Below, one piece after another: positions 1 through 11,397 of a stretch of 56,141 nt of DNA. The DNA lies in the NCBI RefSeq assembly GCF_041956535.1, contig NW_027192228.1, positions 1 to 56,141 on the forward strand, read 5' to 3'. This DNA is from Calcarisporiella thermophila CBS 279.70 (Eukaryota; Fungi; Calcarisporiellomycota). A program made the translations under genes and the position numbers. Position 1 is the stretch's first letter, and every line of letters begins with the position of its first letter. The notes below the pieces were generated by a model. The model was given only the letters and a program-made list of their open reading frames with translations, ran no database searches and had not been told where the DNA came from.

Positions 1-112
1 CTAACCTAACCTAACCTAACCTAACCTAACCTAACCTAACCTAACCTAACCTAACCTAACCTAACCTAACCTAACCTAACCTAACCTAACCCTAACCTAA
101 CCTAACCTAACC
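1..112. repeat. Telomeric tract (CCTAA)n / (TTAGG)n at the chromosome left end
   Basis: About 22 tandem CTAAC units from base 1, with the C-rich strand at the 5' end as expected for a left telomere. There is one CCCTAA variant at 90-95, and the tract degenerates to CCAAACAAAC at ~111. Confidence 0.93.
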
Positions 113-424
113 AAACAAACTTAAATTGTCTGTTATCATTCAGATATAAAGACGATGGCTCGACCAGTTTTCGACACTACAAAGGAAATCCTGAAGTCGG
201 CAAGAATATCAATTTCACATAGCACATTCAGGTTTGCTCATTTATCTTCTCTTACAATTCATTTTCAAGTTAAACTTGAGTTAGAAGTAATCATTTACGG
301 AAACTAATATTTGGGCAATGTAGTGTAGCTACAACCAGCGAACACGCCCAATTGTGGCATTAGAAACTACCAGGGAAAACAATTTTCGCTTTGAGATTTC
401 AGGCATCTCTTACGCACATTCGGT

Positions 425-1984
425 ATGTGTTTCCCTTGCGGGTCAGCAGATAAAATCGAATTTGTTGAGAGTGCAGATTCCTGCTGGTGCCAGTTAAAGA
501 GTATTTTTTGTGCTCTAAAGCATCCGCGCGGTGGCTGGATGTGGACTCTTGCGGTTGGAGTGACTTTGATGCTTTTATTCGCTGTCCACCCTGTTGCTGC
601 TTCATCGAACTGGCCTAGGTGGGGTGTAGTTATCGGTGGGAGAGGAGCGGAAGAAACGAGTAAAGTTTCTGTGAGTGGGCATACGAATTCATCATCAGTA
701 CTCTCCTTACTGTGGATGGAAAGTATGCTCCTGTTTACTGCTTCAGGTTATGGCGTCATCCATTACAGAAAGGGAATCAAGTTTTTAAGTTGCTGGACAA
801 AATATCTAGCTGCCAAATGGTGCTTTTGTAATGATGGTGAAACCAAACTGAGCGCATCTAGGAGCACGGTTGCAAGGTGGTTATTTGTACTTATTTTGAT
901 TGTTATTCCTGGACAAGTCAAGGCGGAGCCTACCCTGGCTCTTCCTGCTGGCCTAGTTGCTGGTTATTGTCTTGGGGCAGTACAATATCTGATCTCTTCT
1001 GCCGCTGCTTGGAGTGGAGCAGTGGCATTAGCGACGTGGGCTTCTGGTGAAACCGCCCTGGGTAAGGCCGTTACTGCAATCGGCAATCCATTCTGTCAGT
1101 GGCAAGAGGTGTTCGAGAGGCTGAGTGCATGGTGGGCGGGTCGTCCGGAAGGGCTACAGGACTGGAAATGGCGCGCAATCATGTCAGGGGCCATTGTTGT
1201 AGCTTTGCCTGATGACTACACCCAACGGGCATACGGGACAGGAACTGGGGTGCCATTGCGGCGAGTGTACAAAATACAAAGAGCTCCTGACAACTATGTC
1301 GGCGCAGCCGGATTCAAGTGGGCGATGGTAGCCAAACCAACTTATTTGTGCCGAGCCAAGCTGATATGGCCGGACCCAGAAGTGGTCACTGCGGTATTAG
1401 CCAAGGATGGAGATTCTGTAAGCGTATTTCTCGCTAGTTTACAGGTGATGCTACTGTTGGCAGCTGCCGTGTCAACTTCCATAACTAGCACTGCGATAAG
1501 TTTGGTGCAATATGGGGCCCTGCTGTTGCTCCCAAATGCTCTGGTCAGGTTGCTGCTCGTGTCTACAGCTCCATCTGCGAGCAAGATGATTGTCGTGCGT
1601 TTAGAGGAGGACCCACCCTTTGGTCAATGGGGTCGCGCACGGTGGCATAGCACTCTTCCATATGGTTTGGCACAAATGGGTATAGCCGCCGCTGTGCTAT
1701 GGTCTTATTTCATAATGGGACGCAGTCTTGCTTCTATTCTGCGTCTGTGTACAGGATTGTTGTTTGGAATACCACTCATCCTCTCATATATTGTATACGC
1801 AATTTGGCCTTCAAGTGCAGCTGGAGGGTTTGTGATGTTCCTCCCTGGCACAGCGGGGCTGCTCGCGTGGGGGACAGCTATTGCGCACGATATTGCTCAG
1901 TGCTGGGCAAGACCTGCACTGGTGAGGGATGTTCTACAGCCAACTTCCCTCAAGCTCATTAGCACGTACGGCTCCTCTACTTGA
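425..1984 (+). CDS. Uncharacterised multi-pass membrane protein (519 aa; a 5' exon at 155-231 is possible)
   Basis: Long open frame that is visibly more GC-rich than its flanks, with many hydrophobic Trp/Gly/Ala-rich segments. An ATG at 155 with a GT at 232 and TTTCAG acceptor at 402 would splice in frame. No family recognised. Confidence 0.7.
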   Translation: MCFPCGSADKIEFVESADSCWCQLKSIFCALKHPRGGWMWTLAVGVTLMLLFAVHPVAASSNWPRWGVVIGGRGAEETSKVSVSGHTNSSSVLSLLWMESMLLFTASGYGVIHYRKGIKFLSCWTKYLAAKWCFCNDGETKLSASRSTVARWLFVLILIVIPGQVKAEPTLALPAGLVAGYCLGAVQYLISSAAAWSGAVALATWASGETALGKAVTAIGNPFCQWQEVFERLSAWWAGRPEGLQDWKWRAIMSGAIVVALPDDYTQRAYGTGTGVPLRRVYKIQRAPDNYVGAAGFKWAMVAKPTYLCRAKLIWPDPEVVTAVLAKDGDSVSVFLASLQVMLLLAAAVSTSITSTAISLVQYGALLLLPNALVRLLLVSTAPSASKMIVVRLEEDPPFGQWGRARWHSTLPYGLAQMGIAAAVLWSYFIMGRSLASILRLCTGLLFGIPLILSYIVYAIWPSSAAGGFVMFLPGTAGLLAWGTAIAHDIAQCWARPALVRDVLQPTSLKLISTYGSST

Positions 1985-2753
1985 GTAGAAGCCCCGTAAG
2001 TCTTACTGTTTTATTAAATCTCCACAGCCATATAGCTTACTGTAAATTATTTACAATCCATTTCGTAGCCCTATCTGCATTTTTGTGGAGAGGGGAATAC
2101 ATGTGAACTAAAATGTAAATCTGTGTGTACAGAAAAAATCAACACCGATTAATATCGAGAAGATATCGAGCAATAAGCTATTATCTTATGTATTTTTATC
2201 AATTCATTTATCGTAAAAAATAAATATTTTCGGGTGTCTGTATCATACTGCCGGTTATTCAGAATGATACCGTTTTATGAAAAAACAAATAGTCTGAATC
2301 GGTGAGCTGATGAGCATTCTCATTATACCTCCTAATCGCAAAATATTTAGAGTATTTGAAGACAATTGTTTATAGTATATTTTTATCTGTCTCTACCTGT
2401 GTGAGGATCAAAATGAACAGGGAAGTATGGCTATTCTCTTTTGGCAGGCCTGCCGTACCCTAAGATCGACACGTATACCGCTTTGCTGCCATACTATGTT
2501 TTGACTTGAGTGTACAGTAGAGCTTCAAATCCTGATATACTGTATACTATACCTGCAAAATAATTAAGTATAAAAGCCGTTATCAGCACATCTACATCCG
2601 AATTTCTTTTATTACTGTATCTGCTCCTAAAAATACTTTCGACCATCTACTAAACTCACGCAAACATTTAAGAACTTGTATTTCACCTTTCATAATCACA
2701 AAGGCTGGCCAAGAGCATTAACTGAGTAATTTTACCGTAGAAGTCACCTCTGC

Positions 2754-2839
2754 GATCTTGATTTTAAAGGTTCCTAATGAAGTTAGGAACCTTTAAAATC
2801 AAGATCCGTGGTCAAAATAAGTATACTAAATTTTGACCA
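2754..2839. repeat. Perfect 24-bp inverted repeat followed by a 10-bp inverted repeat
   Basis: GATCTTGATTTTAAAGGTTCCTAA (2754-2777), loop TGAAG, TTAGGAACCTTTAAAATCAAGATC (2783-2806). Then TGGTCAAAAT (2809-2818) and ATTTTGACCA (2830-2839). Confidence 0.9.
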
Positions 2840-3128
2840 ATCAAATCCTGTTAGTCACCTAGCGGAACCTTCACATTTTAGCCATCTTCGGCTCAAAATC
2901 ACTGATTCACATTTTGCTCCAACAATTACTTCATTAGGGCTTTTAGAAAATACGTAATTAGTACTATTTTGTTGATTTTAAAATGAGTTGGATACCATTG
3001 TAAACAGCCTAACTCTTGGCTCAGATATATAATCCCGATATAAAAAACCTATTAGCACCTACCCTTACATTCATATCTAGTTCCAATTTTATTTTTTATC
3101 CCATTGCATTCTTTTCAATAATATCAGT

Positions 3129-4332
3129 ATGGATATTTCGAAATTGTTTGACGTAAAGGGCAAAATTGTACTTATTACGGGCGGAAGTCGCGGGTATGCA
3201 ATAATTTCGTTCATTCAACTATATTTTCTTACCATTAGTATGTTATTTATAGTATTGGAGAAATGATTGCCACTGTAAGTGATGGGTGGTCTGCCGATTT
3301 TGCCTAGTTTATTACACTCAAGCTATCACATACACCAGCATTCAATGGGGAAATAAACTCACACATTATATATGTATATAGGGATTTGTTTCAAATGGCG
3401 CAAAGGTCTATATCTCAAGCAGGTCTGCCGACGTATGCGGACAGGTAATTAAACGAAATTGTACTTCATTTAGGGGTTTTGCAACTCATTGTTGATATCT
3501 ATCGTTTATAAACTCCGGTGTAGGTTGCTGCGAGACTAAACAAACAGGGACCTGGCCAATGCATTAGCATTCCTACCGACTTGCAAAACCCAGAATCATT
3601 GAAACACCTAGCAGAAGAGCTTAGGAAACGAGAGGATCGCTTTGATGTGCTAGTGAACAATGCAGGAGTGTATAATCAACAGGATTTTGACACATACACT
3701 GAGGATAAATGGGACGAAATAATAGACATAAACTTGAAAGCCCCCTATTTCTTGACAAAGTAGTAAGTTGATATGATCTATTTTCCAAAAAAAAGGAGTC
3801 TATAGTGAATGGGGATGGGTTTCTCAAATACATTAAAAGATAATGAATAACTCTTTCTCCTTCTTTCGTTAATAGTCTCATTCCACTTCTAACATCAAAA
3901 AGCACACAACAAGATCCAAGTCGCGTGATTATGATTGGCTCTGTCGCCTCTAAACTTAATTCGGCGATACCAACCTACTTCTATTGTATATCCAAGGCCG
4001 GGCTTCAAAGGATGTCTGAAGCACTTGCTCCGCTGCTAAGCCAGCGCCATATCACTGTGAATACAATTGAACCAGGATTGTTCCGATCAGAGATGACGAA
4101 AGATCTCTTCACGCAATTCAGTGAGTCGGTCATAAGCGAGCTAATGAAAAAGCGGATTCCGTCTGGGCGTGCTGGTGAACCCGAAGATATCGCTGGAACG
4201 TGCATTTATCTAGCGTCGCGTGCGGGTGCATACACGAATGGAGCAACCATAAGGGTAGATGGTTCTCTCCTATATTCAGCCAGAGATATTAAGATATTGT
4301 ACGTGACTGCGGGATTGCTTAAAAATCTATAA
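3129..4332 (+). CDS. Short-chain dehydrogenase/reductase (RhlG/3-oxoacyl-ACP reductase-like), 4 introns
   Basis: Spliced product MDISKLFDVKGKIVLITGGSRGIG (Rossmann TGxxxGxG), with NNAG, the catalytic YCISK (YxxxK), VNTIEPG and a C-terminal IRVDG. Confidence 0.9.
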
Positions 4333-4794
4333 AGTAAAATTTATTCCCTAATCTCTAGAAACATATTATTCATAGATCCATCTTTTGCGATATTAATATG
4401 GACTGGAAACAAAAAATATAAACAGAGAAACACAGTCTCTGTTATATTAGTATCCACAATTTGATACTTGACATTTCCACATTTACACTTCAACAATAAT
4501 CTTGCAAGGATCCTTTAGTTACAGATGATCAGATAATCAACAAACTAAATTATGTTCAGTTAGATTCATAAACAAGTTACGAAATATAGTAGGTAATATG
4601 GACGTTGCTATTCTAGCATTGATTATAAAATATAGGTATCTCTCAGGCGGGCCTGCAAAATACCTCAGTTGTGTTCAGATAGTCACCATTATGTAGGGCA
4701 CAAGGATGCATGTATCAAATTTAGTATGCCTCTAACTGCTCACCCTGAAATCCTACTCATATCGGTTTGAAACTTTCCGTTCCTGACATAATCA

Positions 4795-7700
4795 TTATGA
4801 CACCCAAATAAGCACATTAATCCCCAAGCCTTTTTCACTCGCCACGTTATATGCGCATGTGTAGCATGGTCCAGGATTGCGCCTAATAACTGCATTCTTG
4901 CCTCTCTCCGAGCACCAGGCTCTCGCTACAGCCTCCGCTCCTTTGCCCGTCGCATTGATAACTAGAACCCCATTATTGTCATATTCGTCTGCGGAGGCGT
5001 TCTTCAAATCTTCTACGTTCCATATGTTCCTGTGGAACTTGGGCAGCTCACGTGTATGTACCTGGTGCTTCCCCTCCGGACCATTACAGGCTGGTACAGT
5101 CACAAAGACCGGGTTTGTATAGAGTGTATATGCGATGGAAGGCTCGTTGTCGATTTTGAATACCACGGTGGCACGATACTCCGTTTCGTCTTCGATCTCG
5201 GCTTTCGACATGGTGCTCGCGTTGGCGGAGAGGCTCACATCGAGTGGAAGCTCCTTCACGCGGATGCTTTCTAATGAGCAAGTTGTCATCTGTCGCACTG
5301 GAGGCTCCGGGATCACCCAGTTCAATTGGTCCTTAACTTCAGACATCCATTGGTAGATGTCCTCGTCAGGTTTGGGGCGTATTGTTTCATCGCCATCATC
5401 AGAGTATTTACCTCCTATATGGATTACATTACTGCTATTGCGATCCCGCTTCAAAGGAGCAACACGACGAGTCTTAAGGCGAATAAATTGGGTGCGCGGA
5501 CCCTCAATTGGGGGACAAGGTCCAACCCAGCCGCATAGCATTTTGACTCCAGGAAGGCAGCCAAGAACGCGTCCAAGCACAGTACGTGATCTCCAATAGC
5601 TCTGATTTGGTAAAGAAAGCCCATTATCGAAATATTTTGCAATGCGTAAATCTTTGACAAGAGATGGCGTACAAAGGACGAGAGCGGTCATTATTTTATG
5701 CGCAGCCCATTTTCCTGGGAGAACTGTCCCGAAAAGCCAATCCCATAAGTTTAAGTTGATGGTGCTACCACTCCGGAGATTACTGTAGATGTCCTCGGCG
5801 TAGTCTCGGGTTTCGTTCATATATGGCCATTTCAAAATCTCAGCAAAGCGCAGGAGACCCTCCACTTGCTTTTCGTGCACATGGGAGTGCAGTTGAATGG
5901 ATTTTTCAGTGATATCGTAAGCATCATCCCTTGGGTTGGACTCTTCGTCTTTGGTTTCTTCCGCTTCCTTTCCTTTTCCCTTTCCTTCTGCTTTCTCGTC
6001 TTCAGATTCTTTTAGGTCCTCGAGAACAATCTCAACATTATTAAGCCAGCAATCGGCGGCAATTAATGTAGTAAGCACTTTGGGTGTAAAGCCGGATATG
6101 GAGGCGTCAGGAAACTGGTTTAGTCTCCGGGCCAGCTCTTTTCCGAGAATCATCTGCCACAGAAAATTCCAAAAATTGTTCTCGCTGTAAGCTGCCAATG
6201 CGACACTAGACACCTGACCGAAGTTGACAAATACATCTTGACGATTCAAAAGACTATAGAGACCCGATATTTGATTCATGTGATCATAGGCATATTCAGT
6301 TTTAGTGTAGGTGACTCTAAAAAACGATTATTTCTTAGCTGGATTCACATAGGAATATCTAAAAAAGATCTACCCCATATTACCGGTAAATTCTTTCAGA
6401 TCTTCATAGTCTCGTTTGGAGTTCCAACCCAAAGTGCCGGCCCCTACTCTGAGTTCATGCAGTCGGCGCAAGAGTTTTTTCGCAGGAATACTTGGAATGT
6501 CTGCATAGTTAACGAGAATCGTTTTCTCGTACTGCTTGCCAAAATGCTCTTCATAATCCCAGCACTCAAGCCCGAAGCCCTGAATCGTTACTGTTCCAGG
6601 GTTGATGTTGTCGTAGTTTGGATCACTCTCAATATCGATAAAGACATAATCTTCGTCAGTGAGGCTGTTGTACTTATCATATCGGGCTTTTTTGATGAAC
6701 TTCTTCCTGTGGTAAATATCTGAACAAATAGTTAGCAAGTGCAGGAGTTGCACTGTTTGAATAGCATATACCCAACGCATTGTGAGGTAGCTTAACGAAC
6801 CCCATATATTTGTCTCTCCAGCGAAAATTGAAATCACTCTGGTCCCCTTTCCAATATATCCATGCACTGCAGTGAGAAGACCAGTCATGCGTAAGCAATT
6901 GACAATCCAAGGCTCCTTTGCTTTTATCATCCACAAAAATCTCTAATCTTTCCAACGCTTTTTCCAACTCATTCATCTCGGGGTCGTCGGCATCATCTGC
7001 AGTTCCATGACCTGCTTGATCTTGACTTTGTATCGCAGACTTCACAGGCGCAGGGGTAACAGTGACTTCTTCTGTCTTCTCATGATCCAGAGCGTATGCC
7101 GTTGCTCCAAGGTTGATGAGCCGAACACTTGCAGCATCAGATAGGTCCTCGTAGTCATCCGCAGAGGCTTGTTGAAGCAATTGCAAAGAACGAATCTCCT
7201 CGCTGGCTTCGATGTCCTCGCGCAATCTAATTGCTGTCCTTGATTTAAGATCTGGAAAGAGACTAACCAGACTATCGTTGAAGCCTCGAATTTCGGCTAT
7301 TAAGCTCAGAAACTTCGCCCTATCATTTATTGCCCACGCCGCCTTTCGTCTCATTGATGTGGTTTGCTGATATTCTTTCGCTGATTTTTGCAGACTTGCA
7401 TATGCGCGCTTGAAGACTGATTCGAGGATGAATTGGCTTCGATCCTCTGCGAGTAAATGCCTTGTCTTCTCTGGGAGCGAGGGGTCATAAATATTGCTAG
7501 TAGGTTCTTGTTTTAACCCATATTTTTTCTGTAGTAAGTTGGTGTCATTAAAAACGTGCTGAATGCATCCTAAAAGTTGCATGACGGTGTGCCACATTTC
7601 TGGCCGGTTAAGTCGAGAATCAATGACAAGATCCGGATCTGGCTGCCCAAGCTGGACATTAGACAGTCCGACCGTTTCACCCCACGTGAGTAGTCGTGTC

Positions 7701-7843
7701 CTTTCGACCTCAAGTTTCACGCGTGCGATTTCATAGTCCATTCCATAATGTCTACTCTGGACGATGATGTCAAATGCTTGAACGCAATTGTTCCAAAGCG
7801 TGACCATACTGATTGCACTAAACACGAAGCCCGCCGTTTCCAT
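4795..7843 (-). CDS. HeLo (prion-inhibition and propagation) domain protein with a large uncharacterised C-terminal region, ~979 aa
   Basis: The N-terminus METAGFVFSAISMVTLWNNCVQAFDII...YGMDYEIARVKLEVERTRLLTWGETVGL and the later KAAWAINDRAKFLSLIAEIRGFNDSL are typical of HeLo. Introns at 6720-6771 and 6317-6373 join the three ORFs (6677..7843, 6370..6936, 4795..6279) in frame. Confidence 0.82.
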
Positions 7844-8575
7844 GGTGAAGTTAGATCGCGGTTGAAGTAATGTCTGAAGATGGTTTTGATGTAAGAAGAA
7901 GTTGCAATGGTTGCGGTGAACGCAGACGGCATTTTGAAATCGAGCACAGCCATACTTGCCAAGTCACGTATAAAGGACAGAGTTGCAATAAAGTTTCGAT
8001 AGGGTTTATAATTTTATGGGAGAAGTGAGTTCTCACCATTCAGAGGTGCGCCACTTTAATTGGATTCTAGTTATGGTGCGCTGGAACTTACCAAGTATAT
8101 CTCACTAATTGATTGTTACTTCCTCACACATTTATACCATTGTCTAATGATATGCAGAAAAATGCTCTAAAATATTTCAATAACGAAATAATTAATCCCT
8201 ATTGAGATACAGTTTTCCTAGCCATAGCTGCGCTACCAAACCAATAGGCTGTGACACCGCTCTAATCGATTTTCAACTCGCAAAGATTGATAATCGAATG
8301 TTAAATTTTTTTGATTAGACCAGGAATAAATTCATCAACTTCATTGGATCTATCTATTATGGTGACAATGGTCGCGTACTTCGTTATAAATATAGCCTGG
8401 GTTTCTTGAGAACCGTTGCGCTTGCGATAGATCGTATAATCGAATACCATTCTATTCCACTTGAGCGAAAAAAAGCTCCATCTATCTGTTTTTATTTCTG
8501 ACAAAATCAAGCCGAGACGTGTGAAAGTTTAGTATATCCTCTGCTAATACTTCCTGCCAATTACACTTTGAAGGA

Positions 8576-9336
8576 ATGGCCGAACGACCCCAGCCATTCG
8601 CCATTACAACTCCACCTGGTGCACTCGAACGTCTCCACGAACGACTTGCTGGCGCCGTCCTACCCGACCAAATTGAAGGTATTACCTGGGAACATGGTAC
8701 CGATTTAGCCACGCTGAAGAAATATATTTCTCGCTGGCAAGAATTCGATTGGGAAAAGCTCGCGACAAAATTAATCAATTTTCGCATTATAAACTCCAAG
8801 TTAACAACATTACTCTTCATTTCATTCATGGATCACCTCGCAAACATCCTGACAGGGCTATTCCACTCCTAGTGATTCATGGCTGGCCAAGTACATTTTG
8901 GGAGTTTAACAAAGTAATCGATCTCCTAGTTAATTCCGAGAGAGATGATGTTCCTGTGTTTGATGTTGTCGTCCCTTCCTTGCCCGGATATGGCTACTCC
9001 ACATCTCCTACTCAAACTGGTTTTGGCATTGCTGCCATGGCTGAAACGCTCCATCTATTGATGCTGAAACTTGGTTATACAAGTTACACTGTTCAAGGAG
9101 GTGATTGGGGTAGCACCATTTCACGAGTAATTGCGATTAAATACCCACAATACTGCAAAGCCATGCATATAAATGGTGTTTATTGTTTGCCTCCAGTTGG
9201 GTGGAATCTCTGGAAAATCAAATCTGCTCTTTGGTTTGCTGGTCTAACCTCTATCTACGACAAACAAAGCGATACACTCATACGAGACATCTATGATTTT
9301 ATTAAAAAGGAGACAGGATATCTATATTTTTATTGA
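8576..9336 (+). pseudogene. Microsomal-type epoxide hydrolase, frameshifted and 3'-truncated
   Basis: EHN-like N-terminus (PFAITT...LHERL...WQEFDW), HGWP, VPSLPGYGYS and the nucleophile motif GGDWG. There is a 1-nt frameshift in GAAAAGCT at ~8755. The frame stops just after ETGY, before the catalytic acid/His half. Confidence 0.78.
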
Positions 9337-10061
9337 AAGTTTCATTTTCAACCTTCAGGCAAAACTGATCAGCAATAATTTGGCTCCATTGGTTTGCGAT
9401 TGTTGTCACGAAATTTGATCTAGTATGATGTTAATTTAAACTTGTGGATCTCAGCCGTTTTCGAGAGCTCATCGCATCACTTAAAACATTGGAGTGGGCC
9501 GAGCTTATCTGGACAAGAAAAGTTTGCAAGTTTAGCTTATTGAATTTGCTGCACACTCGTACTCTTTGTTAAGAACCAGGTGGCCTATCTTCGGAATTGA
9601 TCGCAGAACATGACTTTACAAATTTTATCCCTTCAGCGCAAGGTACATACACAGTGATCACTAATAAAAAACGGGTTTCATCTTAAGGATCATTATGATG
9701 TGTTGAAATCGCACTAAAATATATATGACTAAAAAAATATAAGCTAATAATATGATAAGAACAGACGAAGTGCGAAGATTTTCACTTTTCCATACCCTGG
9801 CTACGCAATATGTTTCGGGGGAAAAATTTTACCTCTAATGATCCAACTACAATGAGAGCTGATCGAAATCGAGGTGAAAATGCGAAACAGCATCTCCGGA
9901 TCAACATAGGCTGGGGCTGTATATCTTCAGAGGCTTATCACAAACTGGCCTTTTAACTATATTCAATATATTCTTTATATCACATTTTTTTATAATCATA
10001 GTTGTTGGATGATCAAATTTTAAATTCGTCAACTTATTGTAATCTCCCAATACCCATTAAT

Positions 10062-10375
10062 ATGAAGTTGTTTTATTCTTGATCCTAGGTTCATTTGTCT
10101 TCTCCCAGGCCGCACCTGTTTCAAAGAGAGCCATTCCCGATTTTCCCTTACCCCCTATGTACCTTCCCTTTATCAGTAGCCCGATAGTAAACTTCATTTT
10201 TAAACTCTTACAAGGAGGTATCCCAGCAGCACTACAAAAGGAGTTAACGGAAGCCTGTGTGTTAGTTATAAATAACTCAATTCGCGGGAACGCAACAACA
10301 ATAACCGAAACGCAGACGATTATAAAGACAATAACAATAGCTCAAACAACAACCGCAACAGCTTCCCCAACTTGA
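10062..10375 (+). CDS. Small secreted protein with a KR (Kex2-type) site and Thr-rich tail; 1-nt frameshift just after the ATG
   Basis: Adding one T to the T-run at ~10071 gives MKLFLFLILGSFVFSQAAPVSKR-AIPDFPL..., a typical signal peptide plus propeptide. As assembled it stops after 6 codons. Confidence 0.55.
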
Positions 10376-11397
10376 TCTAGCCCCCCATAGTCTCATAAAA
10401 CTTTCTTATTTCATCTCTGCATAAGTCAAGTTTTGCTTGTGTAGCCTACAGTCTCTTTAACATTGCAATCAAAACATCAATCGTATAAAACTTCTGCTAG
10501 TAAGTCGCTATTTGATTATATCTATTTTGGAAGTTGTCAAAGGATTGCTTGAGTATTCATATCTTTTCATAAACAATATAGTCCTGATACGTGTTTGTGC
10601 TGAGAAATATTTCCTAGAATAGCGTGAGAACTAGCAAACTCCATGTGAGCTCATACATGGAACACGGCTATCTCCAGCTTATTATTCTAAAATTCTCAGC
10701 ATTATATCTGTTTTGGTTTTGAATAAAATACATTTATATATGGAATCTAATTACGCGAGATAATACTACTTGTTGAAGAGTTGCTTGAACCTATGAGATG
10801 ATGACCAGTTGAGAGCATTTTTCGGTAATTTGAACGCAAAAAAAAAAAATAGAGTACAATCCAATATAAAGAACTGTCGAATTTAATTGCAGCTACTTGA
10901 AACCAATACTGACTACTAGCTTTGGTTGATTCAACAAAAAGTTTCGATATATCCTTCTTTTAAATCCCCGTGATCACTGAGTATTTTTCGGAGCGACACC
11001 GATGAGCAAGGGGATAAAAGCACGAGAATGATGTAAATAGTGTCTAATATAGTCCTATTTTGGGACTCCGACACTATAATAATTCTATGTTTTAATGTCA
11101 ACCATTGTTTAGATGAACAATTGCAATCACCCGACAGAGTAACCCATATAAATCTATTCGCAGCATTTCGCAATGACTTTATCATACTCCATCCCTCCCT
11201 CATCAATGTTCATTTCGCTATACCTTACTCGGTGTTTCCTTACAATTTATGTTTGAGCATGAATTTATTAGGTTCTTTGCGTAACTCTGTACTTGGCTTA
11301 CTGCCAAGCTCGACGTATTTTCCCGAAGGTAAATATTTAATGAGGATACTTCTCTCACATTCTTGCTCAACTCTTTCAAGCATCATTCATTTTCAAA

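Noticed and set aside
6950-7150. Possible amyloid/prion-forming motif after the HeLo domain
   Set aside because: The linker is acidic and Pro/Thr-rich, with no HET-s-like N/Q/G pseudo-repeats.
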